Shown: positions 38,419 to 51,863, counted from the stretch's first letter. The stretch is 64,000 bases of DNA from Octopus vulgaris (GCA_951406725.2 OX597826.1:82522001-82586000), one strand, 5' to 3'. Program-made: numbers and translations. Notes: generated by a model from the sequence alone, not told the origin.

Positions 38419-39794
38419 AGTGTGTGTGTGTGTATTCATATACATGTATGTATGTATGCAAGTATGTATGTTTGTGACTGTGTTTTCATTAGATTATCCA
38501 GGGGTGGCAGAGCCTTTTCTGGTTTCTGACAAAGCCGTGGATAAGGCAATTCTTCTGGATATATTGACATCACTTTTGCAGTGAAAAGACTACCAGCCAG
38601 ATCGAAATGTTTTTCGCAGCAACATAACATGGCGACCGAGAGTCTAGCGTAAACGTTGTACAAACTTTTGTCACTTAAATTTAATTACATACAGATGTCT
38701 CATTATCATTTCGTTTCTTGATCCGTTTTGGATTTTATAAAGTCCAATGGTGATGGATGAGTGGCGTAAAAAAGTCATACGTGCGTCATACATATAAAAG
38801 TGAAGGTAAATGAGAGCCATCAGGCTGAATGTGAAACGGCTATCAGCTGACAAGGTGAGGAAGTCATCAGCTATGAAGTTATAAAATACTGCACTGGAGT
38901 TACTGAGAAGTTCTTAAACATTCAATAGTTATCGGAATTCGACTTGTACTGATTTAGTGATAAAATATCTAAGACAACGTTCTGCTACGCATTCACCCAT
39001 CAGAACGTCACCCAGCAATGAACTACAAGGAATTGCTCTCACATCTGTTTGGTTGCGATTACTTCTACTTTTCTTATAGAGTCAATTTTAAGCACACCTG
39101 ATCCCATCTGATAAAAACACCTCTCATTCTTTCTTATTTTGACTGTCTATCATATCTCAAATCTACCTTACTCCCTTTATATATCTCAAAAAGATATTTA
39201 AAGCAATAAAGAAATGCTTTAACTGGTCACGTTCTTCTGTACCGTCGTTTCTTCCTGAAATATGTTAGTTTATAGCTCAGGGTAAATTATTTAAAATTTA
39301 TCAGTTATCGTTTAACATTTAAAATTGCCACTTGAAATTGTCATTCATTAAGGTTTTAATCATAATCCCCTGCAAATAATTAAATAAATAAATAAATAAA
39401 TAAATTAAATATTGTACACCAGCGTGATGGAATTCAAGTTGTTTTTATTGACAAAATTTAATATGAGCATCAAACACAATTTAGTTAATTTAGTTAATTA
39501 ATCCTATTCAAGTCAATGACAGATTACCATCACTCTTTAACAGGTTTTCTAATTTGTAAAGAAGCAATCCGTGAAAATGTTTAAAATGTTTTATATTTGA
39601 AAATTTTAAAACATTATAAATGTATGTGTTGAAGCGTATGTTTATATTTTATATTCATGCACAGAACATGTCATGTAAACAAATGTTGTACACTTAAAAA
39701 ACGCTTAAACTTGTGTGTGTGTGTGTGTATGCTTGTGTATGTGTGTGTTTGTATGTGTGTTTGTATATGTGTGTGTGTGTCTGTATGTGTGTGT

Positions 39795-39830
<36 letters not shown>

Positions 39831-40183
39831 CGCGAAGCTTACAATAAATTTCAACTTTTTGAGTCTTGATAAATGTGGGTTCATGATATATTACTCACTT
39901 TACATTATAGATTGCCTTCCTGATTAAAGAAAAGAATCGATATTAAGTCTCGTTTTCATCTAATTACGTTTGGGAACAATAAAGATCTTGAATGCATATT
40001 CAAAGTCATGCAACATTTGAATACGTGTTTAGAAACTTTATTGTTCCAATCTGCAAGAAACTGACAGGAAAATATAATTAATCTATAATTAGTAAAAACA
40101 GAGGTAGCACTCAAATACACTTGTGTCTTAAATGAAACACACACACACGTATATATAATATATGCACACACACACACATATAT

Positions 40184-40380
40184 ATCTTTACTTGTTTCAG
40201 TCATTAGACTGCGGCCAGGCTGGGGCACCGACGTTGAAGAATTCTTATTCGAATGTATCGAACTCGGTAGTTATCTTTTAAAGCCTGGTACTAATTCTAT
40301 TGGTGTATTTGTCGAATCGCCAAGTTGGGGGACGTAAACACACCAGCAACGGTTGTGAAGCAGTGTTTGTGTAGAGACAA
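40184..40380 (-). mobile_element. SINE 3' half (family of 804-1229)
   Basis: CTTGTTTCAGTCATTAGACTGCGGCCAGGCTGGGGCACC...AAGCCTGGTACT...GGGGACGTAAACACACCAGC. Confidence 0.8.
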
Positions 40381-40429
40381 CATAGGCACAAATCTGTTGT
40401 CGGATCGAAGCTATGCTAGAATACATTTG

Positions 40430-40482
<53 letters not shown>

Positions 40483-40526
40483 TTATCTGTCTACATAAAT
40501 ATATATGTATGTAGACATATATTGTG

Positions 40527-40600
<74 letters not shown>

Positions 40601-40711
40601 CATATATGTATACACATATGTATATATATATGTATATTTTCTGAACCTTCAGAATTTTTTCAACATGCTATGCCACTGGTTTAAATTGATATTAATCTAA
40701 TTAATATCAAT

Positions 40712-40773
<62 letters not shown>

Positions 40774-40817
40774 CAAATGAAAGACAGAAGATGGAATACA
40801 TGAGATAAACATTATGA

Positions 40818-40923
40818 ATGACGACAATTGTTTCGACACATCTGGCTTCGATTCCTCTTGGATGGGACACTCAACAACTGATTCAGGATCATCCGGTGGT
40901 GCAGGTGTATCTCTTCGGGTGAT
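40818..40923 (-). ncRNA. Type I HHR motif, slightly degenerate, in an insert of about 180 nt between (TA)n tracts
   Basis: atcac-CCGAAGA-GATACACCTG...CAGATGTGTC-GAAA-CAATTG-TC-gtcat. Stem III is the palindrome ACAATTGT. The core has U4C and stem I has one mismatch. Confidence 0.65.
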
Positions 40924-40955
40924 AAATAAATAAAATCAACTCGTTAAAATGATAC

Positions 40956-40995
<40 letters not shown>

Positions 40996-41388
40996 GAGTA
41001 TAATCGTAAGTTTTAAATATTTATGTACGTATATAAGTGTCTCTGGTGATAGGAATATCTTCCTATTACGATTTGTTTTTGTTTTTGTTTTTTGGTGGCG
41101 GGCAATTGGACCTTTTGCGATGGCATTTAATTTCGGTCTGTTGTATCCAATTAAAGAAATGGTATGAGAGTTCGATAAATGGAAATCTTACTATGAGGTA
41201 TTTCTAAATAATGCCAATATATTTGTCCATCTTAACCATTTGACACCCATCCTCCCCGCCTACTACCGGACGCTCTCATCCTCATCAGCCCCCACATCTT
41301 CTTCTTTTCTGTATTTAAAGCTAACGAATCTCATCCTGAAGTTTCTTTTTCGATTTCAAGGGATGACGGAGAAAATGTAATGATCAAT

Positions 41389-41469
<81 letters not shown>

Positions 41470-42249
41470 TACACCACACACACACGTGTGCTATAGATAA
41501 GGTTAATCGAAGCAGCACGCGTTATTGAGCAGTGACTACAAAACAACTGAAAGGCACTTTTAGGAATTTAGGAAGAAGACTGACCTCAAAACTAGGAAAG
41601 GATATTTGTTTTAGTTTCCAACAAATAAATTTTAAATAACTCAACAACTTACACAATCAAACGATTAAGGCCTCACCATAATTGATGACTTCAAACGCAT
41701 GCATACACTTACGTCAAAATAATAGCATTATCACGATAACTAATATACAGGGTATCGCAGGATTTACTATTCCAGTGAAATTGGACAATTTTTAAAACAG
41801 TTCGACGCTTGAAGGTTAAACGATGTTGCCAAAGAGATATGATACGACGTTCAAAACCAAGTCTGGATTGATGTTAAGCCTCTGTCCCATTTTCACATTA
41901 ATCGCTCGGATCTCATCAAGCGTCCAACCACACAACTCAAATGGTGGTATGAGAACTGGCACTGCATACACAGAATGTAGGCCACGTATATATATGTACG
42001 TGTGTATATGTCTGACCGGTAACTGTACTTTTTATTCCTGCTGTCATTACACATCAATCTAAACATACCATATACAGCGACATACCTTATTTCTGCAATA
42101 GTGGTTGACCGAAATTTATTATAAATTTATTGTAAATTCGATTTGAACTTAAAATGTTATCAATAACTTTTAAGACTACCACTTGAATATAAACTTTAAA
42201 GCGACACGTAGAACAAATTTGAGAATACGATTCCATTTGCTAATATACA

Positions 42250-42880
42250 TGATCCAGTGTTGACGAATATATTCAGTACCACAGAAGCAATCCTACAAAA
42301 TCTATTTCAAAATCTCAAAAGATGAAGTAACAAATTTTAAGAAACCCTTTACATGGGCAGAATTAATATCAGGGGAAAAGTTGGAACTTTTTGCAAAAGC
42401 TAGTGGAGAAACAGGTGTGGCATATTCATTAACGATTTCAAATACTTGAAATATAAAATTGAAAATGGATTTTTTCCCCAAACGTGTAAAGCGTGATCTA
42501 CAAAAGAAGAAATATACTTTAATGCCTAATCTGCTTTAATAGCAACGAAAATTACAACAGTCAGACTGAAAACTCCGTTTAGGAATGAGCAAAGCTAAAA
42601 ACAGTAGCTTTATCAAATTTTTCATTGAAAGAACATCTAGAAATCTGCGGATTCGACAAATTTTCCTCTTCTACAAATGCTGAGGGAATGATGAAAACTA
42701 CCAGAAGGAAATGAAGAAATATTTTCTCGAAATGTTTACTCTAAATTTACACGCATAAGCTCCAATATATAGAAACACGGAAAATTTTATTACAAAATAA
42801 TTTTCCATAAGAAACAAAGCGAGTCAGCCCCGGATATTAACGATGTAGTGTTACTAAAACAAATTACTGAAGAAAAGTTT
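42250..42880 (+). pseudogene. Highly degenerate Penelope-like element C-terminus (GIY-YIG endonuclease)
   Basis: From 42508 the frame reads RNIL*CLICFNSNENYNSQTEN (decayed NxIYxxxCxxCxxxYIGQT). EHLEICG occurs at 42631, followed by a KE.YF..F...L-like tail and an isolated CTGAAGA at 42867. Confidence 0.55.
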
Positions 42881-43413
42881 TATACAATCACCACAATCAG
42901 CCAAACACACACACACTGCACAAACGCATCTACACACCTGCACACAAAACATGCATTCAGATGCAAAAGAAATAACTCACATCACTTGAAAAAAATCAAT
43001 CAAGCGTTTAATGACATCCCCAGATTGAAATCAACAATTGATTGAAATTAATAAACAACAACACATTTCTCGCAATCGTCATTAAAACGACCAGCAAGAA
43101 ATCATTTGTTGTTTGCTTCATTTTTTCAAACAAAAAAGCATGGCATTTGTTTATATAAACTGAAATCAATAAACGGGATTCAGGATGACACTCCCCCAAA
43201 CGCATTTATCCATCGTCTAAATACTCCTCAACGTTCACGTACATAGAGATTCCAGACAAATACGTGGTCAAGCAATTAACTGGTCACTTCTAACTTTTAA
43301 GACCAAACCCTAGATCCGAGCAATTTTTATTTTAAATATTTGAATTTCAGACATTCTAAAATAAACTTCTTTCTCATTCCCATTTTCTATTTCCTTCCCT
43401 TACACAATCTGCC

Positions 43414-43453
<40 letters not shown>

Positions 43454-43619
43454 ACACACACACACACACACACACATTCACACATGTAATATATATATAT
43501 ATATATATTAAATTTGGAGGTACTACAATTATGAGTAGGACTCGCTCTGATACTAGGAGTTGAGGTGATGTCTTCTAGTACCTCCAAATTTAATATACAA
43601 TTACTCATAATTGTAGTGT

Positions 43620-43709
43620 CCTACGCTGATGAGAAAAAAGTTGGGTAAGACATAATTATCTAATTCTTATGCTTTCCTAAAACTTAATTTCGAAACGTAC
43701 GTCCGTAGG
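43620..43709 (+). ncRNA. Complete type I hammerhead ribozyme
   Basis: cctacg-CTGATGA-GAAA(aaagtt...aactt aa)TTTC-GAAA-CGTACG-TC-cgtagg. Stem I is a perfect 6 bp, stem III is the palindrome ACGTACGT and GUC cleavage is predicted after 43703. Confidence 0.88.
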
Positions 43710-43887
43710 TGACTTAATATTGTATGATTGTCGTCATTTCTTTCTCTCTTGCCTGCATTTGCCTTCTAAGTGCTGTGGTTTTACTGAGATCTCCTTTTTA
43801 GTAGAAAGAATAGCTATAACTCTTTGACTGCTATTTCTAAACTCGGTGTGTGGTGAGGCAAATCGTTGCTAAACCCTTAATTACTTA

Positions 43888-43945
<58 letters not shown>

Positions 43946-43949
<4 letters not shown>

Positions 43950-44142
43950 AGAGTTTACGAAAAATACAAAAGACGAAGACAGGTGGTCTACAAAACAAAC
44001 AGATGTATTAGTATAACGCTCAGGAATAGAAAAAAGTCTTTTACGTTTCGAGCCTACGTTCTTCTACAGAAAGGGACACAGAAAAAACAAGTAAAGAAAC
44101 AAGGAGAGAAAAAGATGTGTGTAGTGGTTAACAACCTATCAT
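43946..44142 (-). mobile_element. Penelope-type fragment with minimal HHR variant (44038-44073) between (TA)n tracts
   Basis: cttt-CTGTAGA-a-GAAC-gtag-GCTC-GAAA-CG-TA-aaag. Homologous to 22951-23180 and 30051-30152. Confidence 0.7.
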
Positions 44143-44237
44143 GTATATATATATATATATATATATAAAGAATTTTTTTGCGTAATAAGATAAAAAAACC
44201 AAGGGTATATAGATATTAGACCATTTATATATAGAAG

Positions 44238-44289
44238 GTCTTACAGCTGTTTCTAGGATATTAATTAATAATATCCTTTCATAGAAGAC
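44238..44289 (-). ncRNA. Degenerate type I HHR motif
   Basis: gtct-TCTATGA-a-AGGATATTA-ttaat-TAATATCCT-a-GAAA-CAGCTG-TA-agac. Stems I-III are intact (palindromic ACAGCTGT) but the CUGANGA box is mutated. Confidence 0.55.
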
Positions 44290-44620
44290 GGTGTGAGAGG
44301 AAAATTAAGTCATAGTTAGTTTCGATGTGATACAAAATAGAGAATGAGGTGGAGGAAAGAAAATAGATATAAGATATGTATGGGTACTGAAGTTGTTATT
44401 CTGTTTTATTGGCATAATGGTATATATGCAATATTCCAATATCCTTTGAGTGAAATCCAAATGTCCAACAGAGTTTAATATGAGTCCTTCCAAATATAGA
44501 GTTTATAAGCAATGTAAGGTTCCCTTATGAGTGAGATGCAGTAGATTTTTAAACTTGGTCATTCCCAATAGGGAATTTATATACTGTGTCGCAGAGTCAA
44601 ATTTTGTATTTATATATGTA

Positions 44621-44665
<45 letters not shown>

Positions 44666-47364
44666 CATATATATATATATACTTGGAAAAGAATGCGTGG
44701 CGTTCAATCATATAATAATATAATGATATATAAATTATGCATATATACATACATATATGTACATACCTACATATATATATATATGTAAAAAAATACAAAC
44801 TGGGACAAGAACGCAAAACATTTAGAAGACGATACAAAAAACATGGACGGGACATTCGAAGCCTTCAATCTTCAGTCAAGAACCGGATCATCCTCGCAAT
44901 TTCGGCCGATTAATCTTGAGATCGCTCCGACCTGGCCAGCCCCAAAGGAAAATCTAAGCCAAGCTTATTAGATTCCTTGGAAGAAAGCCTCGAATGTATA
45001 CAAAACCAGGACGGGAAATCTGTGTGAATCTGTATCTGCTTAATTAGATAAGCTGGTCGCTGGCCTCCACCATCTTGCTTGTATCAATCTATTTCTCTTC
45101 TATTTATTTAACAATACAATCAACACATGTGGATACGTTGTAGTCAATTTCAATTTAAATGAGACACTATGCTTGCTCTTAGTAAATATGTATGCAAAAC
45201 AGAGATCCATCTTGCTGTTATCGAGGTAAGAAAAGTTATTATCAGTTAGTTTTACAGAAAAATATTAACTTACAAATACTTGTAAGCTACAATTCTGGTT
45301 ACAAACAATAATTTTGCACACTTACATTTCAAAAACCTATTGGTGGTTGGCCCGTATAAAAGCCTTACAAAGATTGCGCTTGTGTAAATGAATCATCAAG
45401 AGCTGTATTTGTTAGAAAATCACATTTATCCTACTAGCGCAAATACGTGTTTTGGTTGAGCCACTTATTTCGATTGATTATTGGTGGCATAGCAGTAGCG
45501 TCTCCCTTAGAAGTACAGAGGAAATAAATAATTCTGCTGGGTTGGGTATTTTCAGGAGAAACTAGTCGAACAACTCTTAGGCTTGTTAAAGTGAAGCATG
45601 AAATTCAGAGGAACAACTAAAGAAAGGTTCATTTGAAAGTAAATTCCACACTTGAAGCAAGTCTGGCAACCTCACTGAGGAGTCAAATACAAAACGAAAC
45701 ACGTCCAGTATGGACAGAAATAATTAAAATATTAATGTTGAATGAGTTATCTGCCTAACTATTTGGGAATATCACAATGGATTTGAAGTCATCTACATTA
45801 AATACTTTGAAATTAACTTTAGAAATCGACTGTTTCATTTAGCAACAAGTATGCGTTCTCATGCCACACATAAGATAATGGCATTGTCTTTTAGAAAGAA
45901 TTTTGTTGCTGTTAAATTGTTTCGATGCGTACAAAACCATTTGTTGAACTCAAATTGCTGTGATACATGCAAAACCATTTGATATTTTCAATAAACTTAT
46001 TTTTTGTTGCGTGTATTAAGAATTATAATTACATCAACGAACTTTCATATTTAATCTTCGAAACAACTAAAACTACATTTGTACACCTGTAACATTTATT
46101 AGAATATCTAAGGAATAATTTCAAAAAATTAAGAATTCAAGGTTTATACTAAATGTCAGAATATTTCATATCGCCACCTCAACGTGTAGAATGGAAGTCC
46201 CCAATATATACGTAAAGTAAGAGGCTTACTGAGATTAAATATGCAAATATATGCATGCATTCATGCATACGCTCATACACATATATATGCATTCATTCGT
46301 CCATTCATCAACGAATCCATGCATACATGCACACATACATACATACATACATACATACATACATACATACATACATACATACATACATACATACATACAT
46401 ACATTCAAACGTACATACAGACATGAGGCTTGGTATTAAGATATCTTTGGAAGCCGATTTTGTTAAAACAACAGAATTTTCAATAAGAACCGGGGCTTGA
46501 ATAAATATCGCAGAGGTGATCTTTAAGCGTCCTTTTCCTCTTTGCTTATTTTTGCTACGCTTGAGCTAGTACGGCTTCTGTCATGCAGGTTGGTTGACAA
46601 TGGTGAAGATGCTAACGAGGAAATTCTGAACAGGCACAGATGAAGAAGGCAAGGAATTGCCAAACTTCATTTGAAGAATCTGAGACTGTGGATGTACCAC
46701 ATGTAATGTCCAGGTTTGCCTCATCTTGGAAGGGGTAATTTTTGTGGTAAGATTCGCAGTTGCATAGACATATCAAGCAGCATTTTAAAAGGTTACAAAT
46801 ATGTAAGGCTTAAAAGTGTATATAGAAACAGTGGGAAATTAAAATTGGATATTAAAATATCTAATTTAACAATCATATCTTAAGAAACATTTATTTCACG
46901 GGAGATAAAAAATAATTTATTTCATAGCGTTATATTTAAAAGCTTACACACTGATATGAAATCCCATAAAATGGACTGCCAGAATCGGTAACAGTATCAG
47001 GAAGCATGGTGTGCTCGGCATGTAATGGAATGACCTTGTTTTTGAAATTCCTCGTTTAAAATATTCTGTCATTAAAATGGTAGTACATGGTTTTAATTAG
47101 AGGAGGAGATGGAAAATTATACATTTTGTTGTTCTTTCAAAGTGTTTAAACTTCTAAGATATTCAAGGAAAACAATATGATTGCGAAACTTAAGCTTTTT
47201 ATAAAATTTGAAATATATTCAGACATTATATAAATTAACACTGCAGGTCATAGAGTGTAGAATCTGATTGTTTTAGAAATGTATACGAATTGAATGTGAA
47301 TCAATGAAACTCAATATTCTGTATGTTTCTTGGTATTTCAAAAGGTGCTCTTACATTCTTAATT

Positions 47365-47402
<38 letters not shown>

Positions 47403-47578
47403 ATGTGTGGATATATGAATGTACAGGAATGTATTTATGTATAGGTAAATGTGTACGTACATGTATATAAACCTTTACATATACATATATATGTACATAT
47501 ATATGTACAAACATACACACACACACGCACATATATATATGCGTCATGGGAGAGACGGAGAGATGGATAGATAGATTA

Positions 47579-48870
47579 TTGGGTTGGCAACTAAGTTCCC
47601 GCCGTTTTTGTAAATTTTGGAATTTATTGCGTTTTTAAATTTTGGAATCTATTATTTTTTCGAGAATTCTCTTTTTGAATCATTTTGGAATCTTTTCTTT
47701 TTTCTAGTTAATTTTAGACAAATTTTTGTTTATTTTCAGATCATTAAATTCGAATGTCAAGTTAAGAAAAACGAGCATTTTTGACACCTCCTTCTTTTTG
47801 CTTTTAATGAAGGTTCTAAGGCCGCAAAAGCTGCTCGCGATATTTGTGCTGTGTATGGAGAGGGTACCATAGCTGAAAGAACCGCTCATGACTGGTATGC
47901 CAAGTTCAAAATGGAAATTTTGACCTCAAAGAAGCACCTCGTTCTGGCCGTCCAGTTGAGTTCGATGAAGATCGATTAAACCAACTTTTGCACGAAAATT
48001 CTCGTCAGACGACAAAGGAATTGGCAGAGAAAAAGGAATGCTCCCGCACTGCTCTAAAGAAGCATCTTCACTCGATAGGAAAGGTTCAGAAGTATGGAGC
48101 ATGGGTTCCGCGTTCTTTAAGTTACAACAAAAATCAACGAGCCACAATCTCCGCTGGTCTGCTTGCTCGTCACCGTTCAACTCATGAACACAAGCAAAGA
48201 TTTCTTTATCGAATCTTTACTGGCGACGAAAAATGGTGCCTGTACATCAATATGAAGCAGCATAAGGAAAGGAATGGCTTAACCCCGGTAAACAAACAAC
48301 ACCGCGCTTGAAACAAGATCTTCATCAGCATAAAAACGATGTTGCGCGTATGGTGGGACTGGGAAGGGATTATCCATTACGAATTGCTTGAACGGAACCA
48401 AACGGTCAACGCGGAGCTCTATGTTCGACAGATCGAACGAGTCAACATGGCTATTCAAGGGAAAAGACCTAATCGGCAGCATGGAGTTCTGCTGCACGAC
48501 AACGCCCGCCCTCATATCGCCAATATGACCAAGAGTGCCATCCAAACGCATGGCTGGGATGTGCTGCCACAACCACCGTACTCTCCTGATTTGGCACGAA
48601 AGGATTTCCACCTCCTTCGATCTCTTTCAAATACTATGCGAGGAGTTTCGTTCAATACTGATGCAGAATTGAGAGCTTAGTTGGATCAATTTTTTCAAGT
48701 CGAAATCGGATGATTTCTATCAACGAGGTATTGAAAATCTTGCTGAACATTGGGAAGAAGCTGCAAACAAAGAGGGTGAATACATTATTGATTAATTAGT
48801 TATCTTTTATTAAACCTTTTAAAAAATGGAAATTTTAAAAAAAACGGCGGGAACTTAGTTACCAACCTAA
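47579..48870 (+). mobile_element. Full-length but inactivated mariner (DD34D) transposon
   Basis: TA-flanked TIRs TTGGGTTGGCAACTAAGTTCCCGCCGTTTT and AAAACGGCGGGAACTTAGTTACCAACCTAA. Motifs GAWVPRSL, TGDEKW, HDNARPH and YSPDLARKDFHL. Frameshifts and stops are present. Confidence 0.96.
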
Positions 48871-48882
48871 TATGTATATACA

Positions 48883-48945
<63 letters not shown>

Positions 48946-48993
48946 GTGTGTATATATTTGTATGTATATATATATATATATATATCTGTATAT

Positions 48994-49059
<66 letters not shown>

Positions 49060-49071
49060 TTCTATATGCTC

Positions 49072-49600
49072 GGCTACTTATTTTAAATTGATATTTATTA
49101 AATTGATATTCAATTTATCACCCTCGTTATTTAAATTTTAAATAATTATGTTTTCTAATCGGCAACATTAACTGCAATAAATTATCTACTGCGGAACTGT
49201 TTCCGGAATTTAGCGCGCCAGAACTTAGACATTTGAAAATAACCCCAATGTTATCGTTAGAACTATGCACACGTCTAATTTTATAAGGAAAACAAGTGTA
49301 TAGTTCTACAAATTATATTGGATTGGAACGATCGTACTGAAGAGTCTACGGACGAAAAATTACGTAAGTAATTATCGGTAATAGACGTTTTCGGTCTACG
49401 ATTGATTCTGGATTTTCATATATTTTCATCTGTCTATCTTCTTCTAGCATATTGGATGTCCACTTAGTGATAACACTTCAATATACGCATGAATTACAAT
49501 TTTTTCTGAATTTTCAGATTTTTTTATTTGCGAGGCTACTGGTTTTAAATTGATATTAATTAAATTAATATTCAATTTATCACCTTCGTTATTTAAATTT
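49072..49600 (+). mobile_element. 462-nt unit with terminal direct repeat and degenerate HHR (49331-49379)
   Basis: GGCTACT..TTTTAAATTGATATT...TTCAATTTATCACC.TCGTTATTTAAATTT occurs at 49072 and 49534. Internal motif is CTGAAGA-GTC-tacg-GAC-GAAA-AATTAC-gtaa-GTAATT-A-tcggt. Flanked by microsatellites. Confidence 0.6.
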
Positions 49601-49863
49601 ATATATATATATATGCGTGTGTGTGTGTGTGTGTGTCTGTGTGTGTGTGTGTGTATGTAATCATATATTGTTGTACGAGTGTACATAGATTTATATGTAT
49701 TTACGTATGTGTATTTTAGCATGTACGTATATTTGTGTGTATATATATATACACACACATATAAATGTAAGAACTGTCTATAAACAAGGCTGAGTGGCTT
49801 TCGATTATAAATAAATAAATAAAAAATACACATTAATTACAGGACACGTTGTTGTTGCTTAAA

Positions 49864-50479
49864 GACTTACGCAAAGTTGCAGAAAGAGTATGGAGAGGAG
49901 TGTATGAGCTGTACACATGTGTACAAGTTGTTCGAACGTTTCCAAGATGAAAGAAAAAATGCCGATATTGACAAACATTCTGGGAGACCTTCAACCAGCA
50001 GAACTGAGAAAAATATCGTAGCTATGCGTGAAGCTGTGAGGGGAAATCGTCGAATCACCATCCATGAGTTATCAGAGGATGTGCAGATTAGTTATGGTTC
50101 AGTTCAGTCCATTATCACTGAAGATTTGAGTATGTGATGCGTGTCTGCCAGGGTTTCACTTGCACAGGAATTCTTTGATTGACTCGTGAGCGATGAAAGC
50201 GTTTTGAAAACTTTGCGTAGGTCGCTGAGCAGGTATCACCAAACGTTTGGCAAAATTTGATGCAGATTCTCTGCTCAGCTTCCTCTGTTGTGGTCAATGC
50301 GACGATTACACGCTACACACCTTCCTTCCAAACACTTCTGTAAATAGCAGAAGTGAGATAGAATGTTAAATTTTATTTCGTACGCACAACAGCGTTCAAC
50401 CTGAGTCTAACGGCTTTACTCTGTGCACTTTAGCCTCGTTACTATGGCAACAGTCCGGATACTTATTGATCAGACCACG
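49864..50479. mobile_element. Rearranged mariner 5' half (two pieces in opposite orientation)
   Basis: Minus 50479-50209 has TIR CGTGGTCTGATCAATAAGTATCCGGAC and EQRICIKFCQTFGDTCSATYAK. Plus 49864-50150 has TYAKLQKEYGEECMS...SGRPSTSRT...NRRITIHELSEDVQISYGSVQSIITEDL. Confidence 0.85.
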
Positions 50480-51131
50480 TAGATACATATATTATGTTGA
50501 GCGTCCATTATGTTTTGAGGGAGATTTTATTGTAGATCTGGGGTGTCACGACAACATGGGATCATTTAAAACGATTCTGAATCTACTAGAAATAATAGCT
50601 AAGTATCGTTCAGATAATACACTGCTGTCTCGAAGAATGTATGCGTTTGATAATTTATTCCGTAGTTTGGGAATAAAGAAATTGTTTAGCGAGAGTTAGT
50701 CTGCTTTCATCATATAGCTATTCGATCAACTTTGAGCTTCTGCTAAACAGCTACAAAGCGGCATCAACTACATTCAAAGAAAGAGAAGAAAAAAAAAGAT
50801 ATAATGTAATTTAATAAGATCAAAACTGCAGAGGAGATTTGATTTTCAAAACTATATTTCTTAAACTGTGTCCCTTACCTCAGTAATCAAACTGCTACGA
50901 CTACCTATTATCTTATATTACACAGTAAAAGATCAAAGGCAAATATTCATGTAGCCATTTAGATTACGCCTAAAATTCTACATTCTTTTTGAATGTAACA
51001 AAGATGCAAGTAAGTGGTGCCTGTAATTAATCTTACTGTAAATTCGGATTTCTACCATCCACCAACCAGCTTATTCTGTAACACAAAGATATATATATAT
51101 ATAAATATATATATACAGACACAGAGACATA

Positions 51132-51167
<36 letters not shown>

Positions 51168-51341
51168 CATATGAGTATATATAATGCATACGTGCCTACA
51201 TAATTACACATGCATATATAATTACATAATGCTAGACATAATTTAGAAGATATTAATTGTGGAGTCTTAATAGTCAACCGAAACTTATAGTCGAGAATTT
51301 GTAGGAATGGATAATTAGATACACAATTATATATACTGTAT

Positions 51342-51376
<35 letters not shown>

Positions 51377-51377
51377 T

Positions 51378-51424
<47 letters not shown>

Positions 51425-51439
51425 TATATGTATGTATAT

Positions 51440-51516
<77 letters not shown>

Positions 51517-51728
51517 GAGATGGATATATATATATACAGGAAGAGTGTGAGAGAGAGTGAGAAAGATAGAAAACATTTAGTGAATATATGCATAAATATA
51601 ATCAAAGTACAGACTTCTATTTCGCCCCGTATAATATATATATATGCACACACAAATACATATCGTCAAATATTAGCGCGCCTGCATACGTGTGTAAATA
51701 CCTATTCATATATATCAATATATATATA

Positions 51729-51772
<44 letters not shown>

Positions 51773-51808
51773 TATACACACAAACACACACAGACAGGCA
51801 CACACAGA

Positions 51809-51863
<55 letters not shown>

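Noticed and set aside
44790-45015. Minus-strand GAAA...CTGAAGA arrangement (similar order at 8110-8150 minus and 26848-26890 plus) as a type II hammerhead
   Set aside because: I could not build stems I-III with a valid NUH site. These are probably Penelope-like terminal repeats without an intact ribozyme.
45671-45712. CTGAGGA-GTC...AC-GAAA-CACG-TC hammerhead-like string
   Set aside because: Stem I flanks (CCTCA / CAGTA) do not pair. At best a decayed copy.
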